The notes beneath the pieces are model-generated. The model was not told where the DNA came from and searched no databases. It saw nothing but the letters and a program-made list of their open reading frames with translations. Below, piece after piece: positions 1 to 13,733 of a stretch of 64,000 nucleotides of DNA. The translations under genes were made by a program, and so were the position numbers. The DNA comes from Octopus sinensis (taxonomy: Eukaryota). Each line of letters begins with the position of its first letter. Position 1 is the stretch's first letter. The stretch is from positions 31,868,001 to 31,932,000 of the forward strand of contig NC_042999.1 of the NCBI RefSeq assembly GCF_006345805.1, in the 5' to 3' direction.

Positions 1-2
1 AA

Positions 3-460
3 ATGGAGGAAAACAATTTCATTAATAAGGCCGAATCCAAGATTTTATGTTGAGAAAGAGGAACACCTGTATTTTATGGTCTCCACAGAATACACAAAAA
101 CCTCGAAAGATTTCCTCCAATTCGCCCAGATTGCAGCAGTTATGAATGTTGTACAGCCAAGATTTCGGAATGGCTAGATGGCTTTCTGCTCCCTGGCGCA
201 AAAAGATCAGGTTCCTATTTTCAGGATACTTTTGATTTTGTGTCTAAGATCAACAACATTTTTAAGCACCGAGGCCATATGGAGAACTGTCTTTTGGTAA
301 CCATAGATGTTTCTTTCTTACATCCCATTATTGACCACAATAAAGGTGTAGAAGCATGCACGGATTCCTTCGAAAAGCGGTCTAAGAAAAGTATTCCATC
401 AAAATTTCTTTGTAGGCTATTGAGGTTTACAATAAATGACATAATTCCTTTAGCTGACAT
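3..460 (+). mobile_element. Degraded Penelope-like element RT fragment (N-terminal part of RT)
   Basis: The frame continuous with ORF 240..518 reads GTPVFYGLHRIHKNLERFPPIRPDCSSY...ISEWLDGFLLP...SYFQDTFDFVSKINN...LLVTIDVSFLHPIIDHNKGVEA. This matches the PLE pattern FYGLPKIHK..RP..S / SY..DT..F / T.DV..LY..I.H. In-frame TGA at 51-53; truncated before YxDD. Confidence 0.85.
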
Positions 461-643
461 TTCAATGGTGTTGCATGAAAGTTACCAGCGAGTGACGAAA
501 AAACTGTCCTCGTTATAAACAGATATATACTCAGCCACCTTAGTGTCCAAATATCATTCAACCAATAAAATGTCTCTTTCAATCGAATTATGCTCGTCCT
601 CTTGACTGTGTTCCTTTGTGAAGAGTTCCGTCAATCCCATTAA

Positions 644-855
<212 letters not shown>

Positions 856-1039
856 ATGCTTGCCTCTAACGTTGTCAAAAGGACAGTCACTTTTGGGGTA
901 GGATGTAAGCGAAAAATATCGATCCCACTTCTTGGCAGGTACTTTCTTTCATTGACTCTAAAAATGTGTAAATCAGTTGCGTTTTGGCGGTAATTGAATC
1001 CATGACGTAAAGCGCCGGAAAAATTTGCTTTAACTTTCT

Positions 1040-1225
1040 GACACAAGGCCAGCAATTTTAGACAGTGGCTGGGTCTTCCGATTTTATCGACAACAGTAAC
1101 TGACCAGTATATTCTTTATTAAACCAGAATGATGAAAGCTAAAGTCGAATTGACATCGGCGGAATTTTCGCAAAGAAGGCAAGGCCGGAAAAAACATCCA
1201 CTAAGCATTTATTTTGACGTGGTAA
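1040..1225 (-). mobile_element. Degraded tRNA-derived SINE (family B, same as 4513-4739)
   Basis: Reverse-strand similarity to 4513-4739 (gaaagc.aaagtcga...cggcggaattt). Confidence 0.6.
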
Positions 1226-1745
1226 GTAGCTGCATTGATATTGATAGCAAAAGCCGATCATACACATACAAAACAGCACAAATGTAGACTCAACACGAGC
1301 CAGATGCAGTGAAAGGAAATAAAATTTATAGAAGTTTTTGCAGTTTCCCCATAAAAACTAATCACGGGAAAAGAGCAAAACAATCTCGAATGATTATAGA
1401 GTGTTAAAAATAAGTTTAATACCATAGACTTTGCAATATCGTTTGAAAATACAGTGTATGCCAAAAAAGAAATAAATGAACAACTTAGAATTATCAGAAC
1501 CTAAATTTTAACTTGAAAATATACTGGAAGTCTAAGAGCATAGTTATTATTCTTATAACTGGTGCATTCAGACGAACATACAAACAATTAACTTTGGAAG
1601 CTGAAAAATATTGCCACTGAAACTGCCATTACCGAACTGCAGAATATTGCAATAGTGTATTCTGAAAAAAATTCTTGTTTTAAAGGAAAATCTCACCAAA
1701 TCTCAAACCAGATTCCCTTCTTGCTTACATAGTGTCTAATGTTAA

Positions 1746-1746
<1 letters not shown>

Positions 1747-1800
<54 letters not shown>

Positions 1801-1810
1801 GGTGGTGGTG

Positions 1811-1881
<71 letters not shown>
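1747..1881. repeat. Compound (AGT)n(GGT)n(AGT)n microsatellite
   Basis: Read directly; it explains the poly-Ser/Gly ORF 1732..1995. Confidence 0.97.
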
Positions 1882-1882
<1 letters not shown>

Positions 1883-1954
1883 AGAATTCAAAAAAATTAA
1901 ATATTAATAATTATAATGTAAATAATGTAAATTATGTACATAATTCCTCATCTG

Positions 1955-2165
1955 TTATATACAGAACAAAGAATGAAGGGTTATCACCAGAATAGATTAT
2001 TCAGAGTAGATGAGAAGAGATTCTATAAATAAATAAATGGAGGGTGTACCGATGAAAATTTGATACCAAATAATATTGAAAGTCAAAGGTTTTTGAGTGA
2101 CATCTGGAGCAAAGACAAGGAGGACAAGAAGGATGCTGGATGGTTCCAAGAAGTGAAGCAGACAG
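1955..2165 (+). mobile_element. R4/Dong-clade non-LTR retrotransposon fragment (region upstream of RT)
   Basis: Translates YTEQRMKGYHQNRLFRVDEKRFYK*INGGCTDENLIPNNIESQRFLSDIWSKDKEDKKDAGWFQEVKQ, matching the R4/Dong QNRLF..DQKRFY / FWS.IW / A.WL motifs; one in-frame stop. Confidence 0.75.
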
Positions 2166-2216
2166 TACTCTGTCCAAAACAGGCAGAGAAAGTGGTGCAG
2201 CTTTCTACAGTTTTTC

Positions 2217-2601
2217 GCAGGAGTGGCTGTGTGGTAAGTATCTTGCTTACGAACCACATGATTCCGGGTTCATTCCCACTGCGTGGCACCTTGAGCAAGT
2301 TTCTTCTACTATAGCCTCGGGCCAACCAAAGCCTTGTGAGTGGATTTGGTAGACGGAAACTGAAAGAAGCCCGTCGTATATATGTATATATATTTGTATG
2401 TGTGTGTATATGTTTGTGTGTCTGTGTTTGTCCCCCCAACATTGCTTGACAACCGATGGTGGTGTATTTACATCCCCGTAACTTAGCAGTTCGGCAAAAG
2501 AGAATCTATAGAATAAGTACTAGGCTTACAAAGAGTAAGTTCTATGTTCGATTTGCTCGACTAAAGGCGGTGCTCCAGCATGACCGCACTCACATGACTG
2601 A
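2217..2601 (+). mobile_element. tRNA-derived SINE, family A (full length)
   Basis: A box TGGCTGTGTGG and B-box-like GGGTTCATTCCC, internal (TA/TG)n, conserved 3' part (gttcggcaaaaga...ctccagcatgaccgca). Homologous copies at 6093, 12848, 34383 and 62012. Confidence 0.9.
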
Positions 2602-3017
2602 AACAATTAAAATAGAAAAAGGTGGTTGACAGTAGCAAGACAGGTCAGGTTGAATGGAATAATCCTGAGTATGCGTTTCTAAGCAAGAGGAATGAAACTT
2701 GTAGAGAACAATTTTCAATGATTTGGAGTTGGCAGAGTAAACCAGGATATTTGCGTGGCGCTTACCCCAGATTACTCTAAGTGGACTCTCCCGCAAATAG
2801 GGATTATATTTATATATTTGTTTATTATTCATTTCTCTAATTTCTGTTTTAGAACCTCTGTTAATCTTTTAATGTGGTGGCATCTCCTGTTGTTCGATGT
2901 AAAACCTACATATTTTTTTTGTATTTTTCAAAATTTTTTTCTGTACTGCAACTCGTCCTCCGATATTGTACTCCATGTCTTGGGCCCTTGAGTCAGTAAA
3001 AGAGATTATTATTATTA

Positions 3018-3084
<67 letters not shown>

Positions 3085-3296
3085 CATTGTTATTATTATC
3101 ATTGTTATTATTATTAATGATATTATATAGGCATAATAGTCATAGATCATCTTTTTGAAGTTAAGAACAATTATTCCACTGGGATTTCCTATGTAATGTT
3201 GGTAAAAACGTAATTACAGACTTATTAAAATATCTGCTTTTTTACGCGTTATGTTGTTGTTAACAATTAAAAAGAAATATGCCTGGAATGACATAA

Positions 3297-3341
<45 letters not shown>

Positions 3342-3351
3342 TACTCTCTCT

Positions 3352-3445
3352 CAGCGGGGTGGCGTCATTCGATGGCTAAAAAAATGCGAACACATTGTGA
3401 CCAGCGATGTGTAACTACATCTGAAGGACTGGTCGGCCACGTGAT

Positions 3446-3452
<7 letters not shown>
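3352..3452 (+). mobile_element. 3' part of tRNA-derived SINE family C
   Basis: Reverse complement of the tail of 26073-26381 (gcggggtggcgtcatt...gtgaccagcgatgtgtaac...gtgatcacgtgat). Confidence 0.8.
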
Positions 3453-3486
<34 letters not shown>

Positions 3487-3784
3487 TATACGTGTGTATG
3501 TGCGTGTATGTATCTTCGCGCGCATATAATTGTCTATGTACTTATATGCACAAATACTACCTTATGTTCGTTTTCAGTTATATTTATATATTTTTGCCAC
3601 TGGTAGATAACTTAACTCTTTCTTTTTTCTTTCTTGGAGCATAATACTTATTAATATTTACGAGAAAATACATGGCTATAACTTTTCAGACTATTAGCTA
3701 TTATAAGTTTGCTTCTTAAAACTAATATATATTGATTCGGTAAGATATTCCTTCGTAGATACCTCTATATATTGCGTGACCCCT

Positions 3785-4283
3785 TTCCATCCTGAATAGC
3801 TATGGGATTGCACCTAGAAAGTTATCCTCCGAGGCACAAGTCTGGGCAAGGTTGTATATGGAAGACCAGCAGTCGCTCACGCATACCAGCCTCCCCACTC
3901 AACGCCACCGATGTTATTCAAAGGAAAGGAAAAGGCCGATACGGCTTGACACCAGTGACGTTTCTCAGATTATTTATCAACTTGCAAGTGACTGACCACT
4001 CCACCCACACGTGTACCTTTAACGTAGTTCTCGGGGAGATTCAGCATGACACAGAGTGTGACAAGGCCCTTTGAGATAGAGGTACAACAGAAACAGGAAA
4101 AAAATAGTGAGAGTAAGTTGTGGTTAAAGAATACAGCAGGGTTCATCACCACCCCATGCCGGAGCCTCGTGGAGCTTTAGGTGTTTTCGCTCAATAAACA
4201 CTCACAATGCCCGGTCTGGGAATCGAAACTGTGATCCTACGACCGCGTGGCCGCTGCCTTAACCACTGGTCCATTGATCTCCA
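3785..4283 (-). mobile_element. tRNA-derived SINE family C (long variant)
   Basis: 4085-4283 aligns with 26190-26381 (gagctttaggtgttttcgctcaataaacactcaca...gggaatcgaaactg.gatcctacgaccgcg). The extent of the 3' portion is approximate. Confidence 0.75.
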
Positions 4284-4360
4284 CATATACATATATATAT
4301 ATATGTACGTACACACACACACACACACTCACACACACACACACACACACACACAAATAT

Positions 4361-4441
<81 letters not shown>

Positions 4442-4512
4442 CAACAAGTTGCTTCACCATACACCGAAAATCCAGAAACAGCAGTCAAAAGACAGCCATA
4501 TATATATATATA

Positions 4513-4739
4513 AGGTGGCGAGCTGGCCGAACCGTTACCACGCCGGGCAAAATGCGTAGCATTATTTCGTCTGCCGTTACGTCCTGAGTTCAAATTCCGC
4601 CGAGGTCGACTTTGCCTTTCATCCTTTCGAGGTCGATAAATTAAGTACAGCTACGCACTGGGGTCGATGTAATCGACTTAATTCGTTTGTCTGTCCTTGT
4701 TTGCCCCCTCTAAGTTTAGCCTCTTGTGGGTAATAAAGA
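4513..4739 (+). mobile_element. tRNA-derived SINE, family B (full length)
   Basis: ggtggcgagctggc head, B box GAGTTCAAATTCC, conserved gaggtcgactttgcctttcatcctttcg core; many copies in the window. Confidence 0.9.
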
Positions 4740-4751
4740 AACATATATATA

Positions 4752-4843
<92 letters not shown>

Positions 4844-4889
4844 TGTTATATTTCGGAATGCTCATTTTGCCAGTTTAGCCAATTTAAAC

Positions 4890-4928
<39 letters not shown>

Positions 4929-5404
4929 GGCTCCTTTTATCCGTCTTTCTTGGCGCAAAGGAGAATTTGCTGCGTCGGATGTGGGACATTTGAACTGTAG
5001 ATCTGTTTACGTTTGTATGTTTGTGGTAGCGAGAAACTGACTTTAGAGACGTTATTTGTTAGTCAAAGGAAGTTTGTAATTGCATATACTCACTCAGGGT
5101 TTAAAAAAATGCAGGATATGAGTTCTTGTTACATATGCGTTGTGTATAGATACTAAGCTGATTTGGATGAATTTGTTCTTGTCACTATTGGAGATTTTCT
5201 GAATAAGAAATAATGCTTTGTTTGTTTGGGGATTATAAAGGGATTATATACATAACAACTGTAACGAAGCACTTATTAGAGAGAGGGAGAAAGAGAGAGC
5301 GTAAGAGAGAGAAAGACAGATCAAATTCAATACTGGTGTCAGATGCATTGTTTTACAATTTTCCTGGCGCGTTTATTAAATAAATGTATGTGAGTATGCA
5401 TATG

Positions 5405-5546
<142 letters not shown>

Positions 5547-6092
5547 ATATATATATTATATATACATATATGTATGTGTGTGCGTATGTGTATATGTGTG
5601 TGTATGTATGTATATATGTGTGTGTGTGTTTCTATTTGGAATAATAAGGCACAAACACATACCGCACACACATACACACAAACACACGCGCTCATATTTC
5701 CACATAAACATTTTTGTGGCATAAGCTATACCTACTGGGGGAAATCAGAGTAACGATGCTGTCTCGACAGAAATTAAACGTATCCATGTTTATCATGCTA
5801 TGGAGTACTCTGTTTCGTCTCTTAAACGTATACACATACACTCATACATGCATTCATATATGCACAGATAAATACATATACATGTGTGTGTGTCTGTTGG
5901 TATGTATGTATGTATGTATGTAATGCTGCTGGATTATGGATGAAGCATGGAGTGTCACATATTAGTGAGTGGGATGAGGATAAGTTCGCTAGGTGCAATA
6001 ATTTTCATATTATGTACGTTGAAATTGAAAATTTGGAATAACATTATGGTAAAGGTTAAATGCTCAATTTTATTTTTGCTATGTGTTACTCT

Positions 6093-6325
6093 ATTTACTT
6101 GTTCAGTTATATGACTGCGACCATGCTAGAGCACTGCTTTTAGTCGAGCAAATCGACCCCGGGACTTATTCTTTGTAATCCTAGTACATATTCTATTGGT
6201 CTCTTTTGCCGAACCGCTAAGTTACAGTTACATAAACACACCAGCATCGGTTGTCAAGCAATGTTGGGGGGACAAACAGATGCACACACACACACACACA
6301 CACACATACACACACACACATATAC

Positions 6326-6359
<34 letters not shown>

Positions 6360-6570
6360 CACGACATGCTTCTTTCAGTTTCCGTCTACCAAATCCACTC
6401 AGACAGCTTTGGTCGGCCCGAGGCTATACTAGAAGATACTTGCCCAAGATGCCACGCAGTGGGACTGAACCCAGAAACATGTGGTTGGTAAGCAAGCTAC
6501 TTTATTTCATAAAATTTTTCATAAAGACAGTATATAGATTAGCTAGTTATCACGCTGCCACTCCTGCGCC
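6093..6570 (-). mobile_element. SINE family A
   Basis: Reverse complement of 2217-2601 with an internal (CA)n(TA)n. Confidence 0.88.
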
Positions 6571-8676
6571 GAGACGATCTGGGAATTACATATTCATCCA
6601 CATTCAGTATGAGCGACGTAACATAACCCCAGTCACTGAAATAGGAGTTTCCCACCATTTAATGTCACTAATGCCTGACGATATAATGATTTGCCTATTG
6701 ATGCATTCACATGATTGCAAATGCAGGGCAATTTATAATATCGAGTATATAATGTTTATATTCATTTAGTAAAGGGTCGTTCCACATCAGTAGATGACAA
6801 TCCTAGAAACAGTCATGGGACTGCGTAATTCATCATTTTTTGATTATCTTTGATGGAATGCCTTAGTCTAAACACATGCATTTATTGTAAAGTAAAAAGT
6901 AACACGGCAATTGGATCATTTAGATAAAACAAATGAAATAATAAAATGGTTGAATGCTTCCACAAGGCGTAAAATTGGTGCTATGGGAATTGTAAAAGTT
7001 TTATTAATTTGTGCTGTGCAGGAATACTCTTCAACTTGAAATATCTATATGAACCTATAGCTTGAATGAAACACACGCCTATTATTTTCCATAATGATTT
7101 CTATCACGTTAATATTTCATTAGTTTAATTAAACTGCATTATTGTCTCTCTTTTCCAACTACACATGAAATCCACATTTCTACTATCTTCAAACTAAAAT
7201 ATAATCTTTAGGCATAATTTTATGTTTTCCAATATTTTGACCAAATTATAACACGTAATAACCAGGCAAAGTAAATATTAATTGGAAAACAATTTACACC
7301 GAGGAACTAACTACTCTTAATCCCTGATGAATAGTATTTATATTTTCACCATGGTAAGATAAAACATTGCCTATGTTTTAAACTTATGCGCATCTTATTG
7401 CCTATGCATAAACTTTCCTCTAAGGAAATTATATCTATATACATTTGCTTGATTGTATATCGGCTAAGGTATTTTTAAAAGGAAACACTTCAACAAATAC
7501 TTCTACTTGAAATATGAAATATCACTTGCTGTTAGCCTATCTATACAATCTTCATGTAGTTTTCCTTCTATCATTTAAATACGATTTATATTTCTTGGTA
7601 GAATTTGTTCTCTAACGCCAAATGTCTTCGTTCGTTTGCCCATGTAATTGTTTGAATGCATATGAAAACACAAGCAGCAAGAGCGGCCTCTCGACAATCA
7701 AAACCGTTAATTGTAGAAAAGAGAAAACGTAAGAAAACTTTGTATTTTCTAAGCATATGTGGGAGCAAGTCATATAAAATACTTTTTTTATAGAACTAAC
7801 ATGGCTGTACGATGAGTCATTTTCACTCAGCCTCACGGATGCTTGAATATTATATCCTATAGATGTTTTCTTTGCATAGTTATTGTTTATTTCAAACCGG
7901 GTATATTTTACTTTCTCTGCTACTTGCGGGTATTACTTATAGATATACATCATTGCTAATTCAGTGTAGAGGGCATTATATTAAACAACATTGGATATGT
8001 GACGAACACAAATATCATTAATATTGTCCTACAATTATTGTGATTTATAATGCACCAAGTCTGTGGTGCTATGAAAATAGTAATTTCTATCTAGTTATCT
8101 AGTTAACCTGCATTCATGTATATCATTATACCATCGGCGTTGCTTAAAATGTGACAGAATTTACTTTATTACATATTTAATCAGTTGCATGCTATTTCAT
8201 CTATCGATATGATTTTAAAAGAAATAATTCTAAATAGGAATCCAGTAAAACTTCCATCAATACAGAAAAGGTGACTCGAAGCAATTCTCCTACCCTATAG
8301 AAGTAGTAACAAAATTTTCCGGAAATAGAAATTCCTACCATCTTGAATAATGACATGTACATTCAACGCAATAGGAATATGTTTAAAATGTGACATTATA
8401 ATTTATAATGTATAAGAAGGGTAGGCTTTCTCAATGGCAAGTCGCTGAGGCTGGAGATTAATGCCTGTGAATAGAAATTGCTGTTCCACATAACTTCCGG
8501 CAATCAGTGCTAACCAGGGTCTAAACAAGAGAAGTAATAAATATAGATGAATGAGTCTAACTGTAAATATCAAAGATAGCATGATACCATTAGACATATA
8601 TATATATATATATATAATATATATATTATATATATATATATTATATATATATATATATAATATATATATATATATG

Positions 8677-8708
<32 letters not shown>

Positions 8709-9275
8709 CATACACACATATGTATATATATATGTATGTATATATCTGTACACGTTTTATTTATTATATATACATGTATACATATGTATATATAAGTATA
8801 TATAAATAGATAGATGTATGCGTGTGTATGCATAACAGTTCGCACCATAGGCATATTCATATGCTGTATTAATTCAAGTCCAAATATACAAATCTTGAAA
8901 GTGTATAATGCATAAATTTACCTGCATTAAAACATTCGGTGTTAGGCATTGAAATTTTACGGATCGATGATGCGCTTAGAAGGTAGTAATCCAAGGATCG
9001 GTGATATACGTTGTATTATTTACATTTATGTATTACATGCTTTCATGTTTTGTATATTTGTACTTGAATTGATACTATATATAAATATGTCTGTGATGCG
9101 AAGTGCTTGAATTTGATAAAGGAACCTGTCCTATGAAATTTGTTCTCCATTCTAGCGTTTATTCCTATTGCTCCTTAAAAGCGCTAATAAGTTGCGCTGT
9201 ATTAAATGATATCCTTTCGATATACCTCTTTCAGTTATTCTGTATATAAATATATGCGTGCGTGTTTGTGCGCAC

Positions 9276-9376
<101 letters not shown>

Positions 9377-10384
9377 TATATTCAAAATACATCATAATTA
9401 TTCTATATTACTGTGTATAGTCTGTTTTCAAAAGTAGAAAAATATTCAATTCTTATCTGAAGTGAAATTGAAATACCGAATTCGAAATAGCCACGTTGAA
9501 ATTAATATTTAATTGAATCTGAATTTTATTAGTTCATTCATTCCATAAGGTATCGTTCAGGAAAATGTTTCTGCAAACTCATACACCATATTTGAAGTCT
9601 ATTCGATAAATATTATCGCTTTTATAGTATTTAGTTTTGGAAGAGTTTTCATTTGAACGTAAAGCACTGATAATTTCGCTGTGTACGAAACGACCGAATG
9701 ATAAAATCATTAGTAACGGAAAAGAAATACGATAGACTTCTGTGTTATAAAATTTTGAGATAATTAGGCTATGCTCAAATAAATGTGGTGTACAGCGTAA
9801 AATTAAATACTATACAATTACGTCTTCCTAGAATTTAGAGAATTATATTGATATATATTTTTGTCTGCGTGTACATGTGTTTTGAGTTGCCTTTTAAATT
9901 AGTAACCAACAGAATGGAGATAAAAAGAAAATAAATAAAATTGTACTTTGTGAATTAAATTGTGACAGAAACCTAATTTAAAACTGATAATAGTAAATGT
10001 TCTGCAAGACGTATACGAAATAAAGCAATAATTTTAGTCGGTGCCGATATTTTTCTTGCATTATCTTTTGGTTATTTTTAGTGTGAATTAAGATTTTTCA
10101 TTATTAGTAATGAAGAAGTGGATGAAAGAATCAGTAAAACGCCATGTAATATTTTTTTTCATCCTTTTCCTTTCTTATTTCGGATTTATTCGTGTTTGAA
10201 ATTAACAAACACTTGTCAAGTGCTTTGTATTTACGGTCCCCCTCATCTCAAAGTAATGTGGTTGGGCGAACGATCGTAAGGTCACGGATCACCTTCTGAA
10301 AGGAAGGAGGTGACCTTATGCAAATAAATTCATTTCATATTACTCTAGTTCACTGAAATGAAAATTAGTAGCAATAATACTTTC

Positions 10385-10590
10385 TTATAGGCACAAGACA
10401 TAAAATATTGGGGAGGGGGCTAGTTTAATACACTGGTAAACTACTCACCTGGTATTTATTTTCTTCACCCCGAAACGATGAATCGCAAAGTCAACCTCGG
10501 AGAAATTTGGTCAGAATTCGTAAAGACACAAAATTTGTGAAAAATTTTGGCCGGCCCCCTAACGATTCTACCAACTCGCCGTCTTAATTA
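10385..10590 (-). mobile_element. Degraded SINE family B
   Basis: cccgaaacgatgaatcgcaaagtcaacctcggagaaattt...aacgattctaccaactcgccg is the reverse complement of the family B head and core. Confidence 0.75.
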
Positions 10591-11008
10591 GCAATGATAA
10601 TAGCTAAGAGTTTAATCCAGGAATGTCAGATATACCGTTCAGTGGCAGTGTGCCTGGATATCTGAGTCGCTTGAATTTTGCAAAAACCAGGAAAAGCGCC
10701 AACATTTAAGCCTTTGTTAATGACATTTTCATTACCTACATGAAATATTGAATTTCAGCAATTTAGATTTTTTTTTGTACTGTGTCATAACATTCTGCAA
10801 TGGATCAAAATTATTGTGTTCGTCCCTTAAAGAAAAGATATAAATCCTGTTGAACAAATTATTATATCGTTTAGTAAGGGATTTAACATTCTGCCAAGAT
10901 AAGAGTTCATCTTTGTTTCCTAAAATAACTGCTCGACTAAAATCAATTGAATTAGAGTATTTTTATTGGTTAACTTATGTTATCTGTCTTAATGTCAATA
11001 GTTAACAG

Positions 11009-11084
11009 AAGAACGTCATTGATGAAAAAAACCTATGATCGTGGTCAATCTGTCTCTGGCGATTCCGTCATTTTCACTAACATT
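11009..11084 (+). other. Candidate internal exon (76 nt), weak Ig-domain-like peptide
   Basis: aacAG| ... |GTAAGC boundaries; open frame RTSLMKKTYDRGQSVSGDSVIFTNI. GDSVIFTNI resembles GDTIIFSNV of L1/NrCAM-type Ig domains. No partner exons found. Confidence 0.2.
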
Positions 11085-12334
11085 GTAAGCACCACTAATA
11101 TGTTCGTTTTTTTTTTTTTTTGTTTCCAAGTGTACAATGAGATAAAATTGGATATTAACTGGTATTTCAAACGCGCCGAACTGCTAAATGATTGGTCATT
11201 CATTTGTTCATCAGGACTTAAGAAGGTATTTTATAATTTATCCTAAATCATTGCCCAAAGAATTATTAGTACTAATTTTCATCTCAGTTGATAAGTACAA
11301 CCCGAAATGAACTATTTCGCTGGAGGATATTTATCTCTCTCTCTCTCTCTCTCAGAGCGGGGTCTGCGACCTTACGATCGTTCACGCAACAGCGTTACTG
11401 TCAGGGGGTGGGCAACGTAAAAGCAAAAGTCTTGACAAATGTTTGTTAATTTCAAACGTAAATATATCTGTAGAAAGAAAGCAAAAAGTTGGAAATAAGT
11501 ATGACTAAACTATTTCCAGTTGTGGCCATCCCTTCTTGTTTTGTAAATGCTGCACAATATATTTTAATTTTCCCATACCAATGAAAATCAATATTATATG
11601 ACATGAAGGATTTCATCTGCTATTTTTTTGGAATTTCTTGCGACTATGTGTACGTTATTCTTCCTATTCTTATACTTACGACCACCTGACTTTGTATGAA
11701 TGGGAAAAAAACAACGACAGTTTATGCGATTGTGTATGTGTATGTGTGTGTGTGCTCTAACATGCGTGTATGTGTGTGCACGGGTGTGTGTTGTGCTATA
11801 TGCTTTTTATTTTAAATTGTTGTTGTTACAGAGATGACGTTACTTTCATATATACAACCATATATTCATTTTATATATGTTCAAATACTACAGCTGTCAT
11901 AACAAGTTAATACTTTTGCAGATACAATTATATTTGCGTACATACCGGAAATAGAAAAAAAAATAGAACAGGTAAAATAATATGAGATAGAAAAAGTTTG
12001 TTTACCAAACTCTGTTATTAGCAATTGCTTATTTTTCTTTTTGTTTTCAATTACAATGAGTGAAATATGTAAAATGAAATAGCTTGAATGCCTATCAATA
12101 TTACTCAAATCTATTGTTTTTCTTTCTAGTCAATATTATAATTAACTGGAGTCTGTAATATGTGACTATTCGATGTTATGTGTTGCAGTCTCTGTGTGAA
12201 TAAACATCGCTGTCTTTTTTCCAGTATTAAGAAATATGCTATTTTGACGGTTTCACGCCCCATCATTCTACACATAATGCTCTTCCATACTTCTTTCTAT
12301 ATAATGCATATTGTTGTTCTTTCCTTTCTCTGAC

Positions 12335-12419
12335 CTTCATTTACAAAATCAAATGATGCTTTCTTCTCTTTCATTAAGTGCTTCAAGGATTCGAGCTTTG
12401 CTTTAGTGGATTTTAAGAA
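12335..12419 (-). other. Candidate internal coding exon (85 nt)
   Basis: ttttcAG| ... |GTCAGA; only one open frame, FLKSTKAKLESLKHLMKEKKASFDFVNE. No protein recognised. Confidence 0.25.
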
Positions 12420-12823
12420 CTGAAAAATTACGCTTCGCCTCAAAGAAGGTTTCTTATGCGGTAATGTAACTTCGGCAAGCTATGAATCAACACGCGCCGG
12501 GACACAAACATGCATACAGACTCACACATACAAACACGAGTGTGCACAGGCAGACACAGTGCCGGACACATATGCCTATACTTACAGTTGTAGTCATGGA
12601 TGTATGTGTGTGTGCATTTTAATTGCTTTTTTAATAGCGATATTAATTGTTAATATATTTATATTAACAATTAATATTTTTGGAATGCAGTACTCGAACC
12701 TTTTAGAAGTTTGAAATATTATATATGTTATTTATTATAATATATGCATATAATAATTATAATGTTATATCCCGAAAAGATTATGACTATGTATGCATGT
12801 GAGAGCAAAACAAAATCATGAAC

Positions 12824-13295
12824 CGTAGCTGTGTGAACAGGCGCTCCCGTGGCTGTGTGGTAAGGAGCAACAGACGCAAGTGTGGTTGTGTAGTAAGGAG
12901 CAACACGCGCACGCGTGACTGTGTTGTTAGAAGCTTGCTTCCTAGCTACACGATTCCAGATTCAGTCCCAATGCGCATGACCTTGCACAAGTGTCTTCTA
13001 CTATAGCCTCGAGCCAACCAAAGCGTTATCAGTGACTTTGGTAATTGGAAACTGAAAGAAGCCCATTTAATAAATGTATATCTATGTCTTTATGTCTGTA
13101 TTTGTCACACCACCGCCGCTTGACATCCGGCACTGGTGAATTCAAGTCTCCTTAGCTTAGCAGTTCGTCAAGCAACACCTGTAGGAAAAGTACTAGGTTT
13201 AAAATAAGTCCTGGGTTGATGAGTTCGACTAAAACCCTTCAAGGCGGTGTCTCAGCAGGGCTGCAGTCAAATGACTGAGCAGGTAACAGGTCAAA
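12824..13295 (+). mobile_element. SINE family A with tandemly reiterated 5' head
   Basis: Four A-box-containing heads at 12824, 12848, 12881 and 12914, followed by the family A body (ctactatagcctcgagccaaccaaagc...ggaaactgaaagaagccc...). Confidence 0.8.
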
Positions 13296-13599
13296 GATAA
13301 TACATAAACATCAGTCTTCAGTTTGTGGGAAAGATATTTCATGCTGAAAGAGAATTTTCGAACAAGCTGTGTCTAGTTAAATAAATTAATGCTTATTATG
13401 TGTTTCAAGCAACACCCAAAGTCTGACACATTGATATAGTGATGTGATGTGCCGATAGGGAACAATATAAATTTCAGTATTAAAGTTACGGTAGCAGAAA
13501 TTATGTATATGTTTTCGAATGATGAACTGATAATAGATTTTTGATATTTTATTTACTTCATCACATGACTCAGAAAGCTGAAGATGTATATCTCTAATA

Positions 13600-13733
<134 letters not shown>

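Noticed and set aside
7968-8030. CRGHYIKQHWICDEH after an AG, resembling an LDL-A module
   Set aside because: It lacks the required Cys/Asp spacing, ends at a stop and has no donor site.
8403-8510. Minus-strand segment after a strong acceptor (PWLALIAGSYVEQQFLFTGINLQPQRLAIEKAYPSYTL*)
   Set aside because: No recognisable homology, and it is not phase-compatible with the other candidate exons.
11150-11216. CTGATGA ... GAAA on the minus strand
   Set aside because: No coherent stem I, II or III adjacent to the core.
11402-11416. CAGGGGGTGGGCAAC resembling a hAT terminal inverted repeat
   Set aside because: No partner TIR or 8-bp TSD found.
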